From positions 492,862 to 556,861 of the forward strand of contig NMRA01000189.1 of the NCBI GenBank assembly GCA_002633005.1: 64,000 nucleotides of DNA, in the 5' to 3' direction. The stretch comes from Phoronis australis (Eukaryota > Animalia > Phoronida). This document shows positions 51,617 to 64,000 of the stretch, piece by piece. Within the stretch, counting starts at the first letter, position 1. Each line of letters starts with the position of its first letter. The notes under the pieces were generated by a model that saw only the letters and a list, made by a program, of their open reading frames with translations, did not search any database and was not told where the DNA came from. The translations under genes and the position numbers were made by a program.

Positions 51617-51970
51617 GGGGGTACCAAACCCGGTTTTGGATTATTAAGTTACTAAAAACGACCTTCCCAACCAGTTCTATAAAGAAAAACAATGCTCAGT
51701 AACCCTCCACAGCCCTCAAAAGTTCGGAGCAAAAGTTGAAAATTGCTAAGTCTTCTAAACAGGCAAGCGTGACCTACGCTTGAAGCGAGTTATGCGACAA
51801 CTGCAGTGAAAGACCACCCTCCAAGAGCCATAAGACCCAATCTGTGACACAGAAAGTGTGAATTTTAAGTTGAGTTCTGCTGTAATCATTCAAATGGGAC
51901 CCCAGTGATGAATTATCACGCGACATAACGAAAATTGGTTGAAATAGTCAAAATAGGGTTTAGTATCCGT
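51617..51970. mobile_element. TTAA-flanked Kolobok-type MITE
   Basis: TTAA|GGGGGTACCAAACCCGGTTTTG..CAAAATAGGGTTTAGTATCCGT|TTAA; a related end occurs near 26685. Confidence 0.65.
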
Positions 51971-54900
51971 TTAACTATTAGGTCTAAAACAATACAAGCA
52001 GACACGCCATGCTGTCAAAATGAGGATGTCTTTGCCTATCTAAGTTTTAAGAATTGACAATGTTAAAACTCCCTCTGAAGGTTTATATAGTTGTTAACAT
52101 GAACGTTTTGTAAAGTTTCGAGTTCTTAACGTGAACCTATTTGTGCAAAATAAAACGAGAAGACACCCTTTGGCAGGATAACTCTTCTTGTAACAATCAC
52201 CCTTCTGAGCGATAGGTCCGCTATATACATGTACATAATTGTTTCAGCAAGCTCAACAAGCACTAAAATTAGTTAAACCCTTGGCGCAACTAGACCACGA
52301 CTGAATGCACATCAAACATTTTAATTAGGCCAGCTCAATTTTTGGAATTAAAGTACGGGCGCCCTAAAATTATCAAAGCGATGGTAAATAGAATTATAAG
52401 CCTCGTGTTATTGGCGAGACATATGTGCGTAAATTTAACGTCGATCTGATAGAAATGCGACCAAACAAACAAGAAAATTACAAGACAGAGTAACATTCTG
52501 GCGGAAAAATTTCGCTTAGTAAAAAGAAAAAACAGTTGTAACATTTGGAACAAAGAAACCAAACAAAAAATCAAGTACAGGACAGAGTAATATACTTGGG
52601 AAAAAATCGTCAAGTAAAAAGATAACCAGTTATAAAATTAGAAACAAAGCGAGATAACCTACTGTACGCAACCGGAGGACAGGTTGACTGGACCCATTCG
52701 CTTCAGTAGTTTCAGTTCGCCAGACGACAGTGCGTCTATCGATATTAGTCGTGACGAACATCAGTTTTTACGGGAATCATCGTTGTTCTGAGACCCCCAA
52801 ACAAACATGGCCAGCCAACTCATTAATCTCATTCCCATTATACTGAGAGCACGAATGTCAAGCAAAGATCACGAAAGCTAAAACAACACACAGCCAGAAC
52901 AATGCGGCAATAACAACACTGATTACCACAGGACGTCGTTTCCAATCGTAAGCATTCGATTTATAGTCGCGCCTGACGCTCTTTTTATGTGCATTTATGT
53001 CTTCATTCAGAGTTGAATTACGATAATTGACACTGGGCCAAAATAATCCAAAAAAGTCTGCACATGTTTTACTAGAATAACGTGATTGGTCTAGACTACG
53101 GACTTAAGCGTGTAGTTCGCTGTTCACGTTCGTATAAAGTACGTTTCTCTCACATGCATGAAACACGACACGTCATGTAGAGGCCTCCATAAAATTATGC
53201 ACAAGATATGATCGCTGCTTACCTTTGATGCGCGCTGTCACGAGCCGGCTTTAATTAATGAAGCGCTTCACGTTCTGTCACCAGTTTATATGTAGTCGCC
53301 TCCTCACCGATCACGTGTCAATTTAATTGGTCGATGATGGTATTTTCGCGGTGATTTATTTCTTCGCACAACACGGCAAATTTAATTTTCTGGTAGACAG
53401 TACCACCGTCTGAGCTGGGCCAGCACAACTTTAGGATGATACGTATCGGTTCCATGGGCGGCGCAGCACTGAAAAAAATAGGGGGCTAAAGCCCACCCCT
53501 GCCCCCTATGGTGTGCCGCCCGATGCTTTGTCGTAAATAGCGAATTGTCGCCCTATTTAAACATTTGACGAATGGCAACACGTGAAATGATTGGATTGTC
53601 CTGAATGATAACGCCTCCAATTGTGCCCATCATGCAACTGATAGATATACAGTGTATGGGAGCGAAGGCACGCCTGACAAGAATCTTAGGCGTTGCACGC
53701 ATTCAAGCCTATGGGTTGCGACCCCCGGCATATAATAGGCCATTGTCCATTCGACTCTATAGGAAGCCTAGAAAATCACTTCCGTGGGTACTTTTTGGGG
53801 GCAAGATAATTTTGGTGCTTTTAAGGTCATTAAGTACTATACTTCAAGAATCTAAAAAGTTCCCAAAGTTTGTCCTAAAAAATCTCACTTTTTGCAAAAT
53901 TTGGCACAGAAAACCAAACTTCAAAAGCAACAACAACCTGAATGATAATTTGATTGGGTTTTGTTTTGTGCATTTGAAGTTACTGGACAAGAAAATTGAT
54001 AAATATTATGACATTTGGTGGAAAATTGCTCAAAAAAAACAAATAGCAGCACCTCCTGTTGGCCAGAAAACATACTACTATATTCTGAACTACCGGAAGA
54101 AAAATACTAATGTTAACCATTTGGAACTTCATAAAGACTTGATATCACAACCTACATATGAAGAACATACATTTCCAACGTTTCTGTAACGAATCCACAG
54201 TCATCACATTCATTAATTGTCACAATTAACTATCATTATCCACATGGCAGTTCATAGTCAACTGTCACAGGGAACGATACACCATTCAGTCCTGACATCT
54301 ACGAACATGATAAATTGTAAATATTTTCCATTAGGTTACAAATTTAAGGTTTTTTAACAACATGGCACACACATTTTGTTTGTTCATCCACTCCATTGTT
54401 TTTTTATCCCATACGCGTTGAATCTGTTGAGGGAAATACGGCCATGTAATAAAGTTTTCCGTATTCACCTCCCGCACTACTTCAACAGTGACCTCTGACA
54501 TGGAAAGTTCAAAAGGTAGGTCAATGTCGACTCGACGTCGTTAGCCGGTTCGACCACCAAACTTTTGGAAAATAGTTTAAGGTAAATAACGCTCAACATA
54601 CAATCAGGTCTCAATCGTAACATCTGGAACAGGTCTGTTAATTTTTTGACAGTTCTGTCTCAGTTTTCATTTGCTAAATATTTTATCGTCTGCAACTCAG
54701 GCGCAGATTCCTTGGTAACTACAAATATTGTTGTTATTTAACTATTTTCAGGAGATGTTACGAGTTCAATGAAAAGTTACCATTGTTTTAATCTTTGATA
54801 TCTCTTTTCAAGCAATAAATCGTCAAATTCAAAACTGTTTCTTTTACTAGAACAAACTTGCAGCCTAACGCGCAAGTACATACATATAGGATGTAATCCG

Positions 54901-55169
54901 CCACGTGAACAGTCTAAGTGAAATATTTAAAAATCTGCGGAAAAAAACGAAAGAAACTTAGGAATTCGAAGCGTATGGGATAAATACAAAACGTACCTCG
55001 ATTTGCGTAAATGAAGTAATATACCACTCGACATTATTCCTCGTATCGACTTGGACCTCAAGCTTTGGTCTCAGTCGAGACGCGGAATAATACTCGTGGG
55101 ATATCACTTCATGTACGCCACTCTCGGTACGTTTTGTGTATATATTCGTCATTATTGTCATTAAAAGTT

Positions 55170-57216
55170 GTTTCTTGAGACACCGTATTCACAATCTCGA
55201 CAGTCACACAACTTTGAACAGGGCCTGCCTGACTTCAAACAAGAACACGTGTACTACAACCACTCTTTTTACATTTGCAATTAACATTTTTCACGACATT
55301 TTCTGGGGCTAAAAGCAGAGTCATCCAGTGGAAATTCAGACTACCCTACTCCAAAAGTCACCCGTTGCCAAGTACTGATGCGCTGACATGCTGTTGCAAG
55401 GCTCGTTTGTGAATGGCACACTGGTAGTTTGCTCTTTTGGCATGTACCAGCAAACAATCATGATTAGGAGGCAGAGATGATTCTATCACATATTTCAACC
55501 TGAATATGTGATAGCGTGCTTTGTTAACTGTTGCATGCAAAATGTTCAGTGTCTTCCATGAGTTGACCAGGAAACGCAAAATAATGTTGAGCCCAACTTT
55601 AATGACAATGTTTAAAAAATATCTCTGCAAGCCTCCACCTCACTCGGAATAATTTTTTTGTCAACCTGAATAGCGCTTCATCTAAACACTTCAGCCTTGT
55701 TAAGGTAATCCTTAATTTTACTAAAACAGATAACCAAAATGGTCTTCACTTTAGCACCTTGGCCAACAAGTGCAATTTTATTTTGTCAAGTAAGCATTTA
55801 AGAGAAATGAGCAGCATTACTAGCATTGATTGCACTGTACAGTTGCCAATTTAAGACATAGAAAAATTATTAATGTCTTTAATACCGTAGTTCAGCCTTT
55901 GAAAATAGAGGACTGGTCATTTTGGCAATAGTTTTTGTGTGAAATTGAAAAGCGTCTTTCTTAACGTAGAGCTAAACTTTGTTTTGACGCTTCCTGTTTT
56001 AGATAGCACATAACTAGAACAGTAAAAAAAATTCTACACAAAAAAGTCTCCAATTCAAGAATCTCCAAAATGTGAGACACTGAAGTCTGAGCAACTTTTG
56101 AATTTTCAAGATAATGAATTACAGAACACGGGCAATATTTGCATTTTCATGTTTCTCAATTTCCAAACACAGCTCATGTTTTTACATAAAAGGGTCAGAA
56201 GTTCATAAAGAGCAAGGCTGATCACTCACATGTAGGAATAAACTACAGCCAGTATCTTTGAGATTGGGACAGCTAATACTGTAAATTTATCGAGCAAACT
56301 AATTCTTTTTTCTCTGTCCCAAACTAAAGATTTTTACCATAAATGATGGTTTTTCGAATTGAGGCCTATTTACAAGTGTATGTTTGGAAATAGGACAGCT
56401 TTTCAAGTTTTCTTTTGTTTGTGAAGTTATCAGTGATGGACTTTGATTTGTGGCAAATGATTCATTGTGGTGACATCACATATACATTTCTTTAAGCACT
56501 GTTAAATGGAACTGACAGTGACAATCTCCTTCATTTTCTAGTAGAGGTTCAACATCGTTTCCTTCATCAGCTGTTTCGATTTTTGATGTATCCATTAAGT
56601 GTCTGTTATACTGATTGTGATAGAACAGCTATGTTTTTTCCCAAAAACTTAAAAACTTCTCAGCAATAATACCTTTCTTGCACTCAAAGTTGATCCATAT
56701 GTTTTCTTTAGACTACGTTAAATCTGAAAATTCCAGGAGCTCATAATTTTGAGCAGAATCTGAGACGTGAATGCAACAAGGAGCAGACATCTTGCCAGTC
56801 TCTTGTGAAGTCGCATACTCATTCAATAATTCATGGTTTCAACAGCGTCCTAGCTGGCCCAAAACTGCTGTTTGCAGAAGCACAAAATGATTCAGGAACA
56901 CGCCAGGAATTATATGTATGTCAGTATGATGACACTTGCCACCTGACTTGGCTTTCTTCAATTCCAGTCTACTGACTGCTGGTTTATGAGCCTTGATCCC
57001 TTGGTAATTGCCAATTACTTGCACACCCATCCAAGAATTAACACTTTTCAATGTAGACAGTAGCTTTAAACAAGTTAGCCAAGCCAACAGAATAACATCA
57101 GTTGGCTGTCCTCTGATAAATGCTTTTATGAAGCAAACAACTTTGGAGTGGGAAAGATACGGACCCAATATTTTCCTGGCATTTGATTGGGTGTTCTGAT
57201 CATTTTGCGCCGACAC
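55170..57216 (-). pseudogene. Academ-like transposase relic (XPG-like region and Cys8 zinc finger)
   Basis: VNKARYHIF..SSLPPNHDCLLVHAKRANYQCAIHKRAL..G, then HWMT..APENV..NCKCKKSGCST(frameshift)CSCLKSGRPCSKLCDCRDCE, a typical C-terminus of this family. Upstream is heavily disrupted. Weak TIR candidates near 53736 and 57445. Confidence 0.7.
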
Positions 57217-57852
57217 CCGGTGGCTAACATTTTAGTTTAGGCTAAAATTTGTCCAACTTTTAAATTAAAATTATTATTAAACGTGCAAGTGTATTCTTGG
57301 GAATCTCGTCACGAACTGCCACAACACGGTTTACATGGCAACTGAAAATCATGGCTCACAGAATCGTGCAACAAGGAACTGGTCCATGCAGTACAAATGC
57401 ACTACTCGTTCATAACATTACTCGGAATAGAAGGCCATGGTCTTATAGGCCAAATTATGCGTTTTTGAGAATACTTAACGTAGAAAATAAATCTGAAACT
57501 AAATAAGGGGATCCAGATCCTCCCAAGGATACTATTTTTTCACGAAATGTAGAATATAAATAGGTAAATAAAACAACAAGAATGAAAATTTCGGATATAA
57601 TAATGTCCTTCGTCAACGGAAACAGAAATAAAGTCCGAAAATTTTCCGAAAATTTCAGTTGATCCATTCTTGTTGTTTTATTTACCTATTTACATTGAGA
57701 ATACTTAAAAATGAAATTGACCTAAGAATAGCAGGCGGCCTTATATTCGAGGATAAAGCCTTATACCGTTACTTACAGCCAATTATCATTCTTTATTTTT
57801 GTCATTGCCAAAATGTCATTATTTGCTTAAAAACCATTCCATAATGATAATG

Positions 57853-58161
57853 AATATGTAAATCTTGAACCGGCATGAAAACACAGAACACAAGCATTTT
57901 AAGTATGGTCTGCACGCCACATGTTGGCCACATCACCTAGTGACCTATTGAACAAAAGACCAAAATCATTTCTGCGCCCGACCGGGACTCGAACCCAGGA
58001 TCTTCAACTAACCCGGGGTGCAGAAGGACCTGGGTTCGAGACCCGATCGGGTGCATAATTTTTCCCGACTTATAATGCTCATTAGGTCAAATGATGTGGC
58101 CAACAGTTGATGTGCACCAGACTTAAAATGTTTGTTATCTGTGTTTCAAGATTTACATATT
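57853..58161. repeat. Head-to-head inverted pair of tRNA-SINE-like copies
   Basis: Arms 57853-58005 and 58023-58161 are reverse-complement similar; each carries a B box (GGTTCGAG) and the same body. Confidence 0.75.
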
Positions 58162-58222
58162 TACACACACACGATGACTTGATGGACGGGATGTCCACTG
58201 AGAAGTCTGATTTCATTTCTGT

Positions 58223-58375
58223 GGTTTCGATGGCTCAGTAGCTAGAGCGTCTGTACGGTTAGCAGAAGGTCCTGGGCTCGAGTCCTGGTGGGGGGCAAAA
58301 ATCTTTTCGGACTTATGTTCATTTGGTCACGTGATCTGGCCAACCTGTGGCGTGCAGACCAGACTTATAATGTTT
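58223..58375 (+). mobile_element. tRNA-derived SINE-like element, third copy with full head
   Basis: A box TGGCTCAGTAGC, B-box-like GGCTCGAGTCC, body GACTTATGTTCATTTGGTCAC..TGGCCAAC..GTGCAGACCAGACTTA shared with 57853-58161. Confidence 0.7.
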
Positions 58376-58482
58376 AATTGTGATTCCATAACAATTTTGA
58401 ACAAACGATACAACAAAACAAAAAACAGCCAGAACAACACGCGTAGTGATTTCAAAATGGCGAACACTGAATAAACAGGTAT

Positions 58483-58552
58483 TCTCTCTCTCTCTCTCTC
58501 TCTCGCTCTCAGTCTCTATCTCTCTCTCTCTCTCTCTCTCTCCTCCCCCTCT
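58483..58552. repeat. (CT)n microsatellite
   Basis: Imperfect CT run. Confidence 0.9.
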
Positions 58553-60220
58553 CACCCCGTCTGAGTACAGTATAGCACTGGGTCAGTGCCTAGAATGCAA
58601 ATGACCCGGTTGTACTCTACAACAAAGCCATGACCTCAAATTCCGTACAGTACACTGTACAGTACTTCTTACTTCAAAATGAGTGAGTACCTTTGCAGCT
58701 TTAGAGAATTTTGCTCAACAAGATTTTTGTTTTTCGGTTTACGAACGAATTTTAATTGTGTTTATTCGATCTTCTTAGAAAGTAAAATTGGACCAAAATA
58801 CCACCGAAATATGTCCCTATGCTCAAATTCTACCAATACAATAACAAACCTTTTTGTCCGCTGAAGCAGGGACTCGTCCAAATTGAATTCGCGCGAAGTG
58901 TAACACGCCGAGTGAGGGTCGTTGCCGGGTCAAATTTTACGTGTTTATACTGATTACATTTTTATTAAATATAATCGGGGGAACACAGCTTTACGATTAT
59001 CAACAATGACACTACTCGGTATCGCTTGAAACTAAGTGAATCCGTTCACATGCAGTGTTCTGAAACGTCCTCACTCAATGCACAGCTTTCCCATAAGTTG
59101 TTAAAACTGTTACGCTGAGTTCATGATCCGCTGATTGTTAGCCAATACCGTTTCTGGTGTTTTTGCACGTTTTGAAATTGTCTGTGTATTGTACCTGTAG
59201 CCATCCTGGCATCCACTATTCCCTGAACAGAACTTGACAATGGTGGATGTTTTACCGCCGAAACATGTCCCTACATTTTAGAAAAGTTGTCTTCATTCAA
59301 ACTTTACTTCTGCTCTTCAGAGCGACATCTACCGTTAAATACAATCGCACTGGTATAAAACTGAACTCTTTAGCTCAAGGCTTCAAATGAATTATACGCC
59401 GAGTATTTCTTCAAGTGCATGTACACTTCGTACGTAGCACTCTTAGAAGTTTCAATTAATTTTTCCAATTAATGTGCTAGATAAAGATTTTACTCTGGAA
59501 TTTGTACTGTTTGGGGTGGGGGCTCAAAATCACGAGAAATTGCTGTCGGGGTATTTTTTAAAATCCTAGTACATAACTTGGCGAGGTAGCTAGGCGAGGT
59601 ACTGTTTAGAATAAAGTGGCTGTATGTGAGCCATAAAAATTATAACTTCAAAATTATAAGTATCTAGGGTACTTCCAGCAATAACGACAACATCGCCATA
59701 TGTCTAGTTGCATATCAGTTTCTTGCGTAGAGGTCTAATTCTATAAATGTTCAAAATTAGCCTATAAGCTCAATCCAAATTTGTTAAGTCACTTTCAGAC
59801 TTGATGAATATCATGACGGTTTCCTAATACACACATAACGACCATAAAAGCCAGTTAGAAAAATTTGCTGATATGTATCGAAGGTACCCGCGTTCGGATT
59901 CTTGGCCGTTGAATAAAAAATGGCGAAAAGTTTTTTTAAATACCTCTATGGGCTTAAAAAAAGATATTGTGTTAAAAATATATAATCCGTCATACTGGTA
60001 AATGACCAATACGAAACTTAATTCATTTTAATTGAAAGTTTGAAAATGTAAATGCAATTGGCTGATGTTAATCTCACTGTTGCCTAAGGTGTTGCTACGA
60101 ATCTTTCAAAACTAAGTGAGGATTACTTTGATCGTCAAATTGAGATCACTAAAGTTGGCTTAATACCTGACCCGGAAGTAAATTTAAATTTTTGGAAAGA
60201 CGATGTTTTTTTTGTGCGCA

Positions 60221-63091
60221 GAACCTTAATTGTCTCATTAAATAAGAATGTTACTTAGTCTCGTGTAATATTTACCGCTTTCTCAAAGAAACAAGCGTCT
60301 CAATTTATTATAAAAAACAGAGACTCGTTTCCTACTTGAATAGTTGAGAGAGAAAGAGAGCTTTTTATTCAAGGAGATACAAATAAACAATACCAAACAA
60401 AGAATAATATATGAAAGAGCGTATATACAAACAAGAATACAATAATGTCAAGTGTAGCTGCACGCGAGTCAAACAACAAGTTGCAAGGGACGTTTTGGAG
60501 CTTTATTTAGTAACGCATTACAATTGACATGTGTGTCTGTCCGTCCGTCCGTCCGTGGAATTTAATGATGTCTTGAGACTCACGCAGTGACTAGAACACT
60601 TCTGACCAGTGTGACAATATTCGCAAGAGTGCCTGAACATGCCGTATCACCCGGACTCGGTCTAAGCGACCTGACGGCGCACTCGGCCATTCATAAACAA
60701 AGTAGTATTCACAGAACTCGTAGCACAATGCGCTGTAGGCGGAGCTAACTTCATTCACAACTGGTATCATATATGTATATATTTATTTCTTTTCATTTAA
60801 ATGGCACACTTTGTGCTAACTGATTTGGTTACCCGTCAAGGTACAAACCGCTAGAGTCTGGTTACCAGTAATAATTAGTCTGTAATAGACGACCCTGCTA
60901 TATTTTGCAATTCAAAATAGCTGATAATGTGTTCCTGTTGGACACGGTTGCCGACAAGGCGATCCAAAATGACGTCACTCATCTTTTTACATGGTGCGCA
61001 GAGGTCATTGGCGCATTGTGAAGGGATATCAACAGTTGTCGGCAGATTACAAGAACATAAACCAACGAAAATTCTTACAACACGATAGTGACCTTGCTAT
61101 TTCATCGGACACTATAATACACAGTAATTTTCCTTAAAATCAGTTTGGAAAATGTTCAACTGTTTGAAGACTTTAAGTGTTTGGCTTGGGGTCATTTAAG
61201 AATTCATGTAGATTTTATGTAAGGCTCGTTTACATGGACACATTTAGTTGCATACCTGAGAAGATTTATGTATGAGAAAATTTAGTACATTTGTGTAATA
61301 AAATATTTACCATGTGTTCACAAGACTTGACAAAAAAGCAATGCCTGTGCGCTCTATGTTTATTTTTGAAAGAGATGCAATGCGTCATGATTACCGAGAA
61401 AGATGAGTTTTCCGCATCACTATATCGATTGGTCACGTGATGTTTGGGTTGTCATCAGAGCACACTATGTAGAAAAGAGAACAATCACAAGACAGTTGGA
61501 AGCATTTCACAAAATAAACGTTTGTAAACTTGTTCATGGATTGAAAACTTAAGAATGACGAGACATTTGATATGTTACCAGAAGAACTTGAAGGGTAGAG
61601 TGCTCAGTTCGCCGTAAAGGGAAGTCATGTTTTTCTTCGAGTAACCCTGTTTCTNGAACCTTAATTATCTCATTAAATACGCTCTTTCATATATTATTCT
61701 TTGTTTTGTATTGTTTATTTGTATCTCCTTAAATAAAAAGCTCTCTTTCTCTCTCAACTATTCAAGTAGGAAACAAGTCTCTGTTTTTGTATAGTAAATT
61801 GAGACGCTTGTCTCTTTGGGAAAGCGGTAAATATTGCAAGAGACTAAGTAACATTCTTATATAACCCTGGAAGGCAAGAATACAATAATGACAAGTGTAG
61901 CTGCACGCGAGACAAACAACAAGTTGCACGGGACGTTTTGGAGCTTTATTTAGCAACGCATTACAATTGACATGTGTGTCTGTCCGTCCGTCCGTGGAAC
62001 TTAATGATGTCTTGAGACTCACGCAGTGACTAGAACACATCTGACCAGTGTGACAATATTCGCAAGAGTGCCTGAACATGCCGTATCACCCGGACTCAGT
62101 CTAAGCGACCTGAGCGCACTCGGCCATTCATAAACAAAGTAGTATTCACAGAACTCATAGCACTATGCGCTGTACGCGGAGCTAACTTCATTCACAACTG
62201 GTATCATATATGTATATATTTATTTCTTTTCATTTAAATGGCACACTTTGTGCTAACTGATTTGGTTACCCGTCAAGGTACAAACCGCTAGAGGCTGGTT
62301 ACCAGTAATAATTAGTCTGTAATAGACGACCCTGCTATATTTTGCAATTCAAAATAGCTGATAATGTGTTCCTGTTGGACACGGTTGCCGACAAGGCGAT
62401 CCAAAATGACGTCACTCATCTTTTTACATGGTGCGCAGAGGTCATTGGCGCATTGTGAAGGGATATCAACAGTTGTCGGCAGATTACAAGAACATAAACC
62501 AACGAAAATTCTTACAACACGATAGTGACCTTGCTATTTCATCGGACACTATAATACACAGTAATTTTCCTTAAAATCAGTTTGGAAAATGTTCAACTGT
62601 TTGAAGACTTTAAGTGTTTGGCTTGGGGTCATTTAAGAATTCATGTAGATTTTATGTAAGGCTCGTTTACATGGACACATTTAGTTGCATACCTGAGAAG
62701 ATTTATGTATGAGAAAATTTAGTACATTTGTGTAATAAAATATTTACCATGTGTTCACAAGACTTGACAAAAAAGCAATGCCTGTGCGCTCTATGTTTAT
62801 TTTTGAAAGAGATGCAATGCGTCATGATTACCGAGAAAGATGAGTTTTCCGCATCACTATATCGATTGGTCACGTGATGTTTGGGTTGTCATCAGAGCAC
62901 ACTATGTAGAAAAGAGAACAATCACAAGACAGTTGGAAGCATTTCACAAAATAAACGTTTGTAAACTTGTTCATGGATTGAAAACTTAAGAATGACGAGA
63001 CATTTGATATGTTACCAGAAGAACTTGAAGGGTAGAGTGCTCAGTTCGCCGTAAAGGGAAGTCATGTTTTTCTTCGAGTAACCCTGTTTCT
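60221..63091 (+). repeat. ~1.43-kb tandem duplication (60221-61654 / 61656-63091), likely uncollapsed haplotypes
   Basis: Copies are joined by a single N at 61655; their distal parts look identical, while the proximal parts differ by SNPs and a ~177-bp inversion. Confidence 0.9.
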
Positions 63092-63867
63092 TGACACGAG
63101 TACTGAGCTCGGCCCAGGATCCCGAAAGCGAACTCGAAATTGGTTTTGGCGTTCTCTGTTCTTCTTTCGTGCGAACTCAAGATAAGTGTCTGTTATTCCA
63201 CGCCCCAACTGAATAAATAGTCGCTTACGAGGATAACTGTCCATAATCCTTGTATGAACTTGATGTATATGACATTTAGGCTAGACGTTCGAGTCTGACC
63301 TCAAAATTTCGAGTTTTTACTCTGTTCCAAGTACAAAAAGAAATTGGGTTAGAGAAATTGCTAATTTACAATTATATAACTTCACCATTATCCAACTTAA
63401 AATTGCACATGGCGTTTCGGTATAGGTAACAGCATTGAGTTCGCACAGTTGTCAACAAGCTTTATGAGATGTAACGTGTAGCTTATTGTTGCATCACTTC
63501 CAGGGTCTCCTTTTGCAGCCATAGAAATGCTAATCGGTACGCTGTATCTTGAGGGCGAAGCCCACATATTCAGCGTGTCGTCTCGGATGTAACGGTGAGT
63601 AGATGAAAGTTCACACCCTTGATTCTGCGACACACGGAAGTCACATATGCGTGTGTAATAATCTAATGGGTGAATTAAACTGGGCAACTATTGAAGGTGC
63701 CGGATGTCCGGATGACATCTTTAAATCATGCCGTATTTCTTCACGCACTTTGCTGAAGGACGTCCTTAATTAGTAGATAGCAGTGGTACGATCCCAAAAG
63801 AAACGAAAGGGCAACTTTCGCTTGCATTAACGAGCTAGACAAGCTTGCGGTAGAGAAATTCCCAACA

Positions 63868-64000
63868 ATATGCGGGTCCAGCAGCGGATAGGGGGGCCAT
63901 GGCCCCCCTAAAATTCTCCCAGATTCCATTAGGCAGTTCGGGAGTGCGAATGTCTGACGGGCAAAATCCTGGCTAATACTCTGCCCTGCCACCCCCCCCC
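63868..64000 (-). mobile_element. Second copy of the 45808-45966 MITE, cut by the window edge
   Basis: The reverse complement contains AGAGTATTAGCCAGGATTTTGCCCGTCAGACATTCGCAC, identical to about 45847-45885. Confidence 0.8.

Noticed and set aside
53605-54189. 194-aa ORF as a gene
   Set aside because: Composition (K, N, I, F-rich) follows AT-rich DNA, there is no domain motif, and it overlaps the likely terminal region of the Academ-like relic.
63397-63860. Coding relic on the minus strand
   Set aside because: Looks slightly coding-like, but I found no identifiable motif in any frame.

Overview
AT-rich eukaryotic (invertebrate-like metazoan) scaffold window; no sign of prokaryotic operons or CRISPR. 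It has two long N gaps (11754-12543, 20616-21162) and two 1-N joins (35799, 61655), each between near-identical tandem copies that are probably uncollapsed haplotypes. The only intact host-like gene is a 381-aa rhodopsin-class GPCR with a single coding exon (24085-25230, minus). The rest is mostly decayed transposons: a nearly full-length but frameshifted CR1/L2-group LINE with a 2A-like motif, an older L2/Crack LINE relic, two back-to-back Penelope-like GIY-YIG tails each with a minimal hammerhead ribozyme motif, an ISL2EU-like element with intron-containing THAP and SAP/SWIM/YqaJ relics, two THAP-bearing Kolobok elements bracketing the GPCR (one built from two left ends), an Academ-like transposase relic, a Tc1/mariner relic, several MITEs, tRNA-derived repeats and a 56-bp minisatellite. 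I cannot show a wholly new biological system. The best leads are the double-left-end Kolobok, the Kolobok pair around the GPCR, the paired hammerheads and a micro-inversion between duplicate copies. Family assignments come from motif recognition by eye, not database searches.
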